A stretch of DNA of 64,000 bases, from the NCBI GenBank assembly GCA_964035545.1, contig OZ037768.1, positions 23,779,319-23,843,318 of the forward strand, read 5' to 3'. The notes under the pieces are model-generated. The model saw only the letters and a list, made by a program, of their open reading frames with translations. It was not told the DNA's origin and made no database searches. A program made the translations under genes and the position numbers. Shown in pieces: positions 14,608 to 26,331 of the stretch; positions within the stretch are counted from its first letter, which is position 1; the number at the start of each line of letters is the position of its first letter. The DNA comes from Bugula neritina. Its lineage: Eukaryota > Animalia > Bryozoa.

Positions 14608-14684
14608 ATAATCATTATCATTATGATTATCAAATTTAACATTATGATAATGTTAAATTTGATAATCATAATGATAATGATTAT
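14608..14684. repeat. Perfect 38-bp inverted repeat with 1-nt spacer (77-bp palindrome)
   Basis: ATAATCATTATCATTATGATTATCAAATTTAACATTAT-G-ATAATGTTAAATTTGATAATCATAATGATAATGATTAT, checked base by base. Confidence 0.9.
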
Positions 14685-15052
14685 CATAATACTTATAGTA
14701 AGGATAGTAGACTCACTATTGTTGTAGTAAAGGTCATTTGGTTTTACATTAGCCCATTATGATTATCATTATCATTATGATTAAGTTGTTTATGTCATTG
14801 ACTGTTAGTGTTAATTTGACATTGTTGATTGTTTCAGGAGCTTTTGTAATTCACTTTCAGTCAGTGTAGAAGTGAGTTATCACTATTCAAAATGAAAATA
14901 GTGTACACTGTACTGAAAACACAGTTTTATTTTTTATAAGTTGACCAAAATTATAACGGACTTTTTTTCATTATCACGAGTTTTCATACTAATACTGTCA
15001 ATCAGCTTTTGTTGACTGTCGTCTAATTTTTAGATTACGCTCACATTAAGTC

Positions 15053-18000
15053 ATGCCTTCTGATGCCAAAGCAAGACGAGCTGCCAGTAAAAAGAAAGCT
15101 GCCCTCAATCGTAAGCAAGCTCTGAACGGAGGTGATGGTGGGGTGTCTTCGGAAGCTTCCAGTTTGAATGGAGATAGCGCACCAGTCACTCCGGCCATGT
15201 CAGCTAATAACTCTACAAGTGAGTCGTGGAGGGAGTAGGAGGAAGGGGATCCTTTAGTTGAATAGTTAACAGTCTACAAGTTTTATCCATCATTCTTGCC
15301 TTAGTAAATGGTCCTTATTTCTTGATATTGAAATAAAATTAATGGCGTAGATGGCTAACTAAACTATCAAAGTGTGATTCATTTCGATTGCAACCATTTA
15401 TTAGCTGAAATTAGAGGTTAAACCTCCTTATAATTAAGAGATATAAACATTATGGGCAATTAAGATGCCATCAAAATTTATGAAAATCCTTTTGACACAA
15501 ATTATTATTAGCATTTCTACAAATAGTTTATAGCATCTCAAGTTTTAAAAATAGTCATTAAATAGAATTATTTTATTTCATGAGTAAGTTAGTAGAATAC
15601 TCGAATTAATAGTTAGAAAAGCCATACTCTGTATCCTCTGCTGTTTCTACTAGACAATCTAGCAGCTATGGTTGGAGACTTAGATCTGCAAGCGGCTGCG
15701 CGCGCTGTGACGGGGGTGTTGGCCTCCCACCCTGATGCCAGAGACGTGCAGATATCCTCTCTCTCCATCTCATTTCACGGTGCCGAGCTACTTATGGACA
15801 CCAACTGTGAGCTGAACATGGGCAGGAGATACGGCCTTATCGGTGCCAACGGCTGCGGTACGTATCTCTGTGTGTCGCCTCCTGATTGGCTTATCAGACT
15901 AAATACTGTCGTATGCATCATGTGTAGTATTTTAGATAATAAGATAGAAGTTTTCAACTCTTGCTTTTCATAGTAATATGTTGGTTGTTGTGATTGCAAC
16001 TGCATACTGAGTAACTTCTAGTTCACTGTTTCTTGAAGGAAAGTCCAGTTTGCTGTCGGTTTTGGGCAACAGGGAAGTGCCGATCCCCGACCATGTGGAT
16101 ATTTTCCACCTAAAGCGTGAGATGCCCCCTAGTGACAAGACGGCACTCGAGTGTGTCATGGAGGTCGACCAGACGAGACTCTACCTGGAGAAGGAAGCTG
16201 AGGAGCTGGCTGTCAAAACCGACGATGACCGTACGTTAGTCTGAGTATATAGTCTGAGTATATAGTCTGAGTACATAGTCTGAGTGTATAGTCTGAGTAT
16301 ATAGTCTGAGTACATAGTCTGAGTACATAGTCTGAGTATGTAGTCTGAGTATATAGTCTGAGTACATAGTCTGAGTGTATAGTCTGAGTACATAGTCTGA
16401 GTACATAGTCTGAGTATATAGTCTGAGTGTATAGTCTGAGTGTATAGTCTGAGTACATAGTCTGAGTATATAGTCTGAGTACATAGTCTGAGTACATAGT
16501 CTGAGTATGTAGTCTGAGTATATAGTCTGAGTACATAGTCTGAGTACATAGTCTGAGTACATAGTCTGAGTGTGTAGTCTGAGTACATAGACTGAGTACA
16601 TAGTCTGAGTGTATAGTCTGAGTGTATAGTCTGAGTGTATAGTCTGAGTGCATAGTCTGAGTATATAGTCTGAGTATATAGTCTGAGTACATAGTCTGAG
16701 TGTATAGTCTGAGTATATAGTCTGAGTACATAGTCTGAGTACATAGTCTGAGTATGTAGTCTGAGTATATAGTCTGAGTACATAGTCTGAGTGTATAGTC
16801 TGAGTACATAGTCTGAGTACATAGTCTGAGTATATAGTCTGAGTGTATAGTCTGAGTGTATAGTCTGAGTACATAGTCTGAGTATATAGTCTGAGTACAT
16901 AGTCTGAGTACATAGTCTGAGTATGTAGTCTGAGTATATAGTCTGAGTACATAGTCTGAGTACATAGTCTGAGTACATAGTCTGAGTGTGTAGTCTGAGT
17001 ACATAGACTGAGTACATAGTCTGAGTGTATAGTCTGAGTGTATAGTCTGAGTGTATAGTCTGAGTATATAGTCTGAGTGTATAGTCTGAGTATATAGTCT
17101 GAGTATATAGTCTGAGTATATAGTCTGAGTATGTAGTCTGAGTATGTAGTCTGAGTATATAGTCTGAGTATGTAGTCTGAGTATACGATACGTTGCAGAA
17201 GCCCACGACAGACTGATGGAGATATACGAACGTCTAGACGAACTGGAGGCAGACAAAGCTCTTGTCAGAGCTGGCAAAATTCTCTTTGGTCTCGGCTTCT
17301 CCAAACAGATGCAACACACGGCAGTCAAAAATTTCTCTGGTGTGTAGTACTGTACTACTTGTATATAATGTACTATTATATACTCTGTAATATACTATAA
17401 TGTACTATAATATACTATAATATGATATATTGTAATATACTCTGTAGTATACTATAATAGCACTAGCTATCAGTACTCTCTATTAATAGCTAGTAGTATT
17501 TAGTGTTACCACTAGTGTCACAGTAATTTCTAATATTCAAGATGATCATTTATAAAGGTGAATGGATCCTAGCCCATATGCCATCTTTCTCGAGTGTTGG
17601 GACATTCTTGTATTACTAGTTGGTTGTGTTTGTATCAGTACTACCACAAGTGATTACTCAACATTTACATCAGCCAATCAGCTGGCTCCACATGTCATTC
17701 TTCTGTTAAACAGGAGGCTGGCGTATGAGGATCTCCTTAGCCCGAGCTCTGTTCATCAGCCCCGCCCTGCTCCTGCTGGACGAGCCGACCAACCACCTCG
17801 ACCTTGAAGCGTGCGTGTGGCTGGAGCAAGAGCTACGTAACTACAAGCGTATCCTCGTGTTGATCTCCCACTCACAGGACTTCCTCAATGGAGTCTGCAC
17901 TAACATCATCCACATGACCAAGAAGAAGCTGCAGTACTTTGGCGGCAACTATGACTCATTCGTGCAGACGAAGGCGGAGATGGACGAGAATCAGCAGAAG

Positions 18001-20635
18001 AGATACAAGAAGGAGCAAGACGAGATTGCTCATATGAAGGTGAGGCTTGTCTGTCCATGTATACCTACCTGTACTTAGTAAGGGTTGTCTGTCCATGTAT
18101 ACCTACCTATACGTAGTAAGTATAGTATATTACTACTGTGTTTATAGAACTATATTGCTACTGTGTTTATAGAACTATATTGCTACTGTGTTTATAGAAC
18201 TATATTACTACTGTGTTTATAGAACTATATTACTACTGTGTTTATAGAACTATATTACTACTGTGTTTGTAGAATTATATTGCAAGGTTCGGACACGGAA
18301 GTGCAAAGTTGGCGCGACAAGCACAGAGTAAGGAAAAGACATTAAAGAAGATGGTGGACGCTGGTTTAACTGAGAGAGTCACTTCTGATAAGGTATAAAC
18401 ATGTACTATCACCTTTCTAATGGAATCAGGATATCAAACCTACTAATCCTCTGTAGAGTGAAGATATGCACATTAGAAGAGCAACTATCATGTAATATTA
18501 AATAATGAATGCGGGGATGAAGCATGTTGGGTTAAGATCAGTAACTTGAAAGCTTCCCAATGGTATGGATGGTTTGATGGCCGTGATTCTACTTTTCCGA
18601 TGTTGGGGGGGGAGGGTTGTCGGGGTTTAAAGGCCAAATCTAAGTATTTTAATCTGCAACATAATATCCCCTTTTAAGTAGTTTTTGTTGAGCCTTTTGT
18701 AAAATATGCACTATTGTTTCATATCAGGAATATTATGTGTGTGTTGTGTATCTTCAGACACTGATGTTCTACTTCTACGAGTGTGGTAAAGTACCTCCCC
18801 CTGTCATCATGGTGCAGAATGTAGACTTCAGGTACTCCGAGGACAAGGTGTGTATGTCTCTGTCTCACTCCCTTACCTGCACTAGTTTACCTGCACTGCT
18901 TTGCCTGCACTAGTTCGTTTCACTACTCTGTTAGTATCACTACTCTGTTAGTATCACTACACTGTTAGTATCACTAGACTGTTAGTATCACTACTCTGTT
19001 AGTATCACTACTCTGTTAGTATCACTACTCTGTTAGTATCACTACTCTGTTAGTATCACTACACTGTTAGTATCACTACTCTGTTAGTATCACTGCACTG
19101 TTAGTATCACTACTCTGTTAGTATCACTACTCTGTTAGTATCACTACACTGTTAGTATCACTAGACTGTTAGTATCACTACTCTGTTAGTATCACTACAC
19201 TGTTAGTATCACTACTCTGTTAGTATCACTGCACTGTTAGTATCACTACACTGTTAGTATCACTACACTAATATCAGTACTCTAGTTGAAACACACGGGA
19301 ATGGTGAAGCTGGAGAATTTGTCTGGTGAAGGGGTCAGTTGGCTCTATAAGAAAAGCAGAGTTTGTAATTTTATTGGATGACAAAAATATTCCAGATGTT
19401 TTTCGTTTCTAGCCTTTTATTTATAAAGACTTGGACTTTGGATTTGACCTTGACACAAGGCTGGCATTGGTGGGGCCAAACGGGGCTGGAAAGTCTACTC
19501 TGCTTAAGCTGATAGCCGGAGAACTGCACCCTACCTCGGGCCTCATTAGGACCAACCCCCACGTAAAGATAGGCAGATACCACCAGGTTGGTCTCATAGT
19601 CTTAGAATTGGCACGTATCGTGTTATATTTCTGTAGGATATGACATCATAGCGTCTCGTCCAATCAGGTGCACCATGGATAGTGTATGTAATGAACTGCC
19701 TTGTGTTTGTAGCACTTAGCTGAGAATCTAGACATGGACCTGTCAGCTCTGGAGTTCATGATGAAGGAGTTCCCAGAGGTGAAGGAGAGAGACGAGATGA
19801 GGAAGATTATTGGTCGATACGGTCTCTCTGGGCAGCAGCAGGTAGGTTTGAGCTGGCAGCACTTTACATCAGCTGACCATCTGTTGGAGATTCTATCTTG
19901 GGATTGAACGCTAACTTTCTTTGGTTATTCTAATGACTTGTCATACAAGTGTAACAGGGCAGCTATTCTGTATATATGTTACAGACATGTCTCTCATACT
20001 ATTGTTTGTCTGTCTGTTTATGTATATGCACCACTTGGTGTGCTGTATGTTTGTAGATGTGTCCCATCAGAAACTTGTCAGATGGTCAGAGATGCAGAGT
20101 TGCCTTCTCTTGGCTGTCTTGGCAAACTCCACACATACTGCTGCTAGACGAACCCACCAATCACTTGGATATCGAGACTATCGATTCATTGGCTAATGCC
20201 ATCAACCTGTTTGACGGTGGAATGATCCTGGTTAGCCACGACTTCCGACTCATCTCACAGGTATATATTCTATTTATAGTACATAGTTTGGTCAAGTCGG
20301 TAGTGCTCTACATGGTGTTGAGATGTTCGAACCATCTAAGGGTGTCATATCAAGAGCACTGGGCTTGAAGAGAGAAGGAGTAGATTTTGAAGGCTATTTA
20401 GTTACAGATGGAACAACTTCACTTCTGTAAGCTCTTTAGATGTGAAGTTTGTACGCGTTCTAAAGTATATTACATCAGCTGATGCTCTGTATACATGAGG
20501 TGTTGGCGCTTTCAGGTGGCAAAAGAGATCTGGGTGTGTGAGCATCAGAAAGTAACCAAGTGGGAGGGAGACATTTTCTCTTACAAAGAAGCTCTGGTTA
20601 AGAGGGTCAACAAAGAATTGGCCAGCAAAGCATAA
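15053..20635 (+). CDS. ABCF2: ABC-F family ATPase 2 (11 coding exons)
   Basis: Exons 15053-15218, 15654-15857, 16039-16230, 17199-17339, 17714-18039, 18273-18392, 18758-18847, 19413-19586, 19713-19841, 20057-20260 and 20516-20635. Motifs: MPSDAK start, [26 protein letters not shown] twice, [33 protein letters not shown]. Confidence 0.97.
16237..17185. repeat. 13-bp minisatellite (TAGTCTGAGTRYA)n, ~73 copies, filling ABCF2 intron 3
   Basis: Directly visible; the rare variant ACATAGACTGAG recurs 416 bp (32 units) apart. Confidence 0.97.
18126..18283 (+). repeat. 25-bp tandem repeat copying the ABCF2 intron 5/exon 6 junction
   Basis: CTGTGTTTATAG|AACTATATTRCTA five times, then the real CTGTGTTTGTAG|AATTATATTGCA. 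Confidence 0.9.
18920..19270. repeat. 17-bp minisatellite (TAGTATCACTACTCTGT)n, ~20 copies, ABCF2 intron 7
   Basis: Directly visible. Confidence 0.95.
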
Positions 20636-21216
20636 GCTGCTTCCATCTTTTAGGAAATTTTAATGGCGATTGCAGTAGATATTATATAATATATATTATA
20701 TAGTGTATATTATATAAAGTATATTTTTACTGCTAGAAAAGGGTGAATGTATCTGAAAGGAATCTCTCACTGTTGGTTGTTATTTGAATATGAAAAGTTC
20801 TATCATGACAGACACCTTTTTTGAACTTCTAAAATTAATCTTTTCAAAATGAAAATGAACCTATTTTGCTTTATTAAGAATTGTGATTGAGCTGTTTACA
20901 TCATAATATTGTTTGTTGAACAGGTGAACATTTATTTTGTAACTTGACGTACTATTTATGTACAATAAAACATATGAAAAAGACATTAACATAACATGGT
21001 TGTTAAGTGCTACTACTACTGAAGGAATGGTCACAATAGCATATGCAATGCTGGCAGAGTGATTGTATTGCAGGAGTGACTATGGGTTACATGGTGACAC
21101 AATGTCCCTCCCTCTTGAAGGTTGTTCAGATACACCATATAATACAGATTAGTTTGTTCAGTAGTTTATATTACTTCTGGCAGTAAATATCAAAACCTTT
21201 CTTTGCCTTTGTTCTG

Positions 21217-24200
21217 TCACTGAAGGTCAGGAAGTTCTAAAATTAGAGAATGCCACATATTTAGATAGATTCTAATAGGGGGAGGGGGAGGGGTCGGTCA
21301 TGTCTGCACAGATAATCTTAGATGACTTTGAGTAATGGGTTACCTTCGTCATCGCTGTCCTCTTCCTCTTCCTCGCCGTCCATACCAGCTCCGCCGCCAG
21401 GATTAAAGTTACCCATATTGGCCATCATTGAGCTCAAGTCCATACCTCCACCTTGGAGACCCTCCATTAAACCGCCGCCACCACGGCCCTCCTCTTCTGC
21501 ATCAGACTCGTCCTCATCCTTCCACTTGTCAAAGTCTGTCTTCAACCAATGAGCCTGAAGTTACACAATCAACATATCACAGCTGCAGACACGCTACAGA
21601 TCTGTTGTGCTATATGTCATGTTGAAAAATGGCAAAACATAACTGTTATTTGCAATACTTTTATAGCCTGGTATTTTAATTTAATGCCTTCGGACACAAT
21701 AAAAATATACTTATTTATTAATATTATATTTGTGGAGAAAACCCCTACACTTTGAGAGTAGATCATAAAGAGTGAAAGTTTTATTGTAAAGAGCAATAAA
21801 CAAGCTGAACCCTGGGTTAGTGTTCACATACTTTGGTTTTCTCCTTCAACAAGCGAGGCCAGTATTCACCCTCCTCCTTCCTGAACAGCACCATTGGAAT
21901 GTTTCTTGAATTTACTACATATTTGGATTTCTCGATGTCAATCTCACCAAAGAATGTGATCTCAACGGCATGGGCTTCATTCTGGGGACCTCCTGTGCCC
22001 CTGTAACCAAGCAACCTCAAGTATAGCAACAAATTTAAATCATTCTCCGACTAAAATAATGTCAACTGTTATCGTTAACTTTTAGTAACAGTTTTCTATC
22101 TTAGACTTGGTGTGTTTTGAACTGTGTTTTTCTCTAGAGGTCTAACTCACATAACAAGCTTCACAGAGTGTATTGAGATGCTGCTATGTAGTGGTTATTG
22201 TCTTCTCATGCAAAAGTTCCTATCTTCCATTTGTCAAGTTTTTTTTTAATAGCATTTATGACTTATACCAGAGTTAACCGTGATATTATTCTGAGTAAGA
22301 ATTGTAGAGTAAACCATTAAAATGAAAATTCCAGGCACCTGAAACTCAATTATTGTGTGCATGAGATTAACACCTTATAAATAAAAAGCACTCATCCATG
22401 TGAACATTTCTTTTTCATATTAAAACATAGTTCAATTTTAATCCCTGTCACGTGAGCAGATTTTGTGGTTACGTAAGCATGCAGGCTTGCATATACTATA
22501 TATATGTAGGAATAACCTTAGCTGAAGCTGAACCTATCAGAGTATATAAATAATTTATATCGTGATAACAATATTCAATACTGAAATCTCCCTATTATAA
22601 TTATTTGTGGTGGTCAAAGGGTTAAAGCACTAACACTAGGTCATAGGTTTGAATACCAGGACAATTGATGAGGTCAGGAGAGATGGTACAGTGAAACTTA
22701 CAATTCTCAAACCATTTTACCAGAACGGTAAGAGCCCCTATCTCGTAATTTAGAAGGAAGTTGGTGGGGTAGAAACTATGTTGATTGAAAGAACTAATTT
22801 TATTCAGTAAATTTTTCCTAAACATATACGTCAAGACACCTAATTTAGTAGTACATGAAAAATTGTTGCAGAACAAATGTTTGTGTTAATGCAACCGTGT
22901 ATTTTTTGAAATAGACTACAAAAATAGAAAATCTATATTAAATAATACCATAGAGTTTAAAAAAACCTAGCTATAACTACAAGAAAGCTATGCATTGCCA
23001 CGTCTCAGCTTTATTTCTAAGCTACAACATCCTAAAAGGTTGCTAATTCAGCCTACACATTGCAATTATGACTATCGTAATGACAATGAGTAGGTTATCA
23101 ATATCATAATTCAGAACTGCTGTAATAAAATGGAAACACTTACTTGAAAGTCAGTGTGGTTTCCGTTAGTTTAATGTCTGGATTTTTGCAATCTTCTAAA
23201 TTAATGGTTAAAAATATTTTATCTTTTCTTTGAGCCCATACAACTGCAGGAGGAACACTGCCGCTACAGTAAAACATATAATATTGAATTGGTGAAACGG
23301 AGTTTGAAGCATGAAGTTATTATTACACTTATAAGGATTAAAGAAGAACTTAATTTTAAGCTAAATAGGGTAAGTACTAGTGTTTGTACTAATAATACTA
23401 GTACTAGTACTACTACTAGTAGTCGTCGGTAGTGAAGTGCAACAGTTGGTGTTAGTGTAAGTGTAACTTATAGTTATTGTTTTATGTTAAACTAAAACTG
23501 TTAAACATAAAGTTAATCAATAATTTACAATTACACCAACTCTGAGACTGATAGTTTAATTTAAACTTTGAAAATTCACTATAAGTGTAACTAATATTAT
23601 TAGCATTACTATTAATATATTATTATTCGTACTACTACTACTACTAGTACTACTATTACTAGCATTATCACCAGACTAACTCTAGCTCTAGGTCACTACT
23701 CATAGTCATTAGTCATTATCATTACGCTTTTATTTTAAGTTTTAGTTTAACTTATAATTTAAATTACTGATTACTTACTAACAGTAACTTAGTTAGACTT
23801 AGTAGTTGGTGTTACTGTTAAACTTACTGTTACTGTTAGTATTACATTCACTCCACGAGTAAATCAAATTCAACGCTTTTGAAAAAATCTCTTCCTAGGC
23901 TGTTTACTAGAAGTAATTGGATTCACTAGTTCAAGTTGGTACTGAATGGTAGTAGTAAGTAGTTAGACTTTGAGTTAGAGTAAGAGCCAGAGTAGGTAGT
24001 TAGATTCACTTGACTATCACTATGAGTATGACTATGAGTATGAGTATGATTCAGTAATTGAGTAATTCACAGTATCAGTATGAGTTACGCTTACGGCTTA
24101 GTCTTACAGAGCACAAATAGTAATACTAATTGAAATAGTAAATAGCAACACAATATAAAACACAAACATTATAGCCTCTGTATAGTGGGACGTTAGCAAG

Positions 24201-24276
24201 AGAAAATAATAGGATATAAAAAAAAGTTTATGCAGTTTCACATTAATTTTACTCACGTTTTGTCGCCAGCCGCCAT
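21217..24276 (-). CDS. PTGES3: Hsp90 co-chaperone p23 / prostaglandin E synthase 3 (~179 aa, 5 exons)
   Basis: Exons 24276-24257, 23263-23144, 22000-21832, 21554-21344 and 21236-21217. Motifs: PPAVVWAQRKD, YWPRLLKEK, HWLKTDFDKWKDEDES and an acidic tail DSDDEELPDLQ. Confidence 0.95.
22605..22665 (+). mobile_element. Possible degenerate tRNA-derived SINE head
   Basis: A-box-like TGGTCAAAGGGTTAAAGC and B-box-like GGTTTGAATACC at pol III spacing. Confidence 0.3.
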
Positions 24277-26331
24277 TGCGTTGTTTGGTAAAAGGAAGAC
24301 TAACTGCAGGTAAAGTGAAAATGGTTAAGCTCGAATTGATTATACCGCGTGCCGCCAAATGGATAGCAATTCGTCCAGATAATTCTTTAGCCCAAAACCT
24401 CACTATCTTCAAGATAACCGAAGCTTTTGTTTGGGCCTCAGCTGAATTACAGAAGTGTGAAAAAAACAACTAAATTCATTAAAATAAAACCACTTTAAAA
24501 TGTTTCAATGACCTTTGGCTCTGCATGCCACTCAAAAACCTAAATACCTAAATAATATTATTAATATTAGTTATTGTTTAATCATCATGGTTATTTATAT
24601 TTATTTAAATGATTTTGCAAGTCAATACAAATATATTACGTCGTTGACGTTAAGCTTCTACTTCTAGCTCTAGTAGTAGTTCTATGCTTATCAAACTCAA
24701 AACTTATGATAATAAATAATAAAATATAATAATAATTATATTTATAATATTAATTGATCAATTTGACATTGATAGACATAATGATAATCATAATGATAAC
24801 AATAATGGTGCTCACAATCATGATAATGAGTATTGACCATTATGATTATGATATTGATTATGATGTAATTGTTATCGTATTGTTTAAGTTTTAACCATCT
24901 ATAAGTATATCAGTTTATCACTTTATCATTATCACTTAATCATTATGTATTGTAAGTCTAACTAAGAGTAAGTAGTCTAAGACTAACTCGAACACTCACA
25001 CTGACGTAGGTAACACTAACAGTAACAGTAAGTTAGTAAGTAAGTGTAACAGCAACTGTAAGTGTAACTAGAACTAGAAGTCGTTCATATTTAATTTAAC
25101 TGATTAATTAATCACAATAAATGAATAATCTGAATAAGATTTCAATAACTAAAGTATAAGTATTAGTATATACTTATACTTATACTATTAGTATCTGTAC
25201 CAGCATAGCTATAACTATTAGTAATCACTAGTACTATAATTATCACTCAATAACTGAGCATAACCTCACAGTCAGTGAGTCACTTTCAGTATTACTATGA
25301 TTATAACTATAAGACTTTGTAACTCAGTATGACTATGAGTATCACTTTGAGTATAAGTATGAATATCATTATCATTATGACTACCAGCTACTTATGGTTA
25401 CTGTTAAGTCATTAGTCAGTTTGGTATTACTATCCTTGTCACCGACATCAGTCCCTTTTAGGCTGTTGATGTAAAACTGAAAGTGAGTATCAAGCCAAAA
25501 GCTAAAAATCACTCAGTAAATTAATTAAGTTTGGTATTAAAGTAAATAAAGCATTTTTAAAGTTATTGTTCTCTGCCACTCAGAAACATTTACTTACAGC
25601 ATAGTCAGCTTAAGTCTATATGAATCTTTATTGGGAGCGTAGTAAAATTCTACTGGTATATTTTATACTAAAGTTTTAAGAGTAAAGACTAAAGAATGCA
25701 CAGCTCTATTTATAGCTAGAAATATTTTATCCGTAAGGGAGGGGTGTGAGGCCTAGTAACTGCAAATAATCCCATTGTACTCTAAATAATTATTGTTATA
25801 AAAGCAGTATGCACTAAGTAGGCCGTTACCTAATAGAGGTCGTTATAAGGAAGTAAAATGTCACTGCAACATAAGTTAAACACCTAAAACTAAATGCACA
25901 AAAACATAAAGCTGGAAATCTGTAACACCTCTTTAGAACTTATAGAATTGACCATTACATTATTGCTGTTACTATCAGGCATATTATAACAACAACTCTT
26001 TCACAAATCTATTAAGTCTTAATAATTTCGAACTTATGATATCTGTTTCAGAGTTACAGTTGAGTAAATTTTAATGTCCTTATATGTTTCCATGTACTTT
26101 AGTATTTTACACCATCAGTACCTACGAGTACAGGCTTAGACCTGCTAAGAATACATCGGAACTTGTTTAGAAATAAATTATTTAAGCAGAACTATAAACC
26201 TCTTGTCTAATGTTTATGTGATGTTCAAGGAAATGAAAATATTCAAGTTTCATTCTATTAGACAAGTGACTGCTAATTTGCTTCAATTAAGGCCAAAAAT
26301 ACTAACTCTTGGTTTTAGAAGTCACTAATTG

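Noticed and set aside
16181-17328. Three long minus-strand ORFs (238-371 aa)
   Set aside because: All are translations of the 13-bp minisatellite. The unit has no stop on that strand and 13 is coprime with 3, so all frames are open. They lie antisense in an ABCF2 intron.
18126-19270. Regularly spaced repeats as a CRISPR array
   Set aside because: Head-to-tail units without unique spacers, in a eukaryotic intron, with no cas genes.
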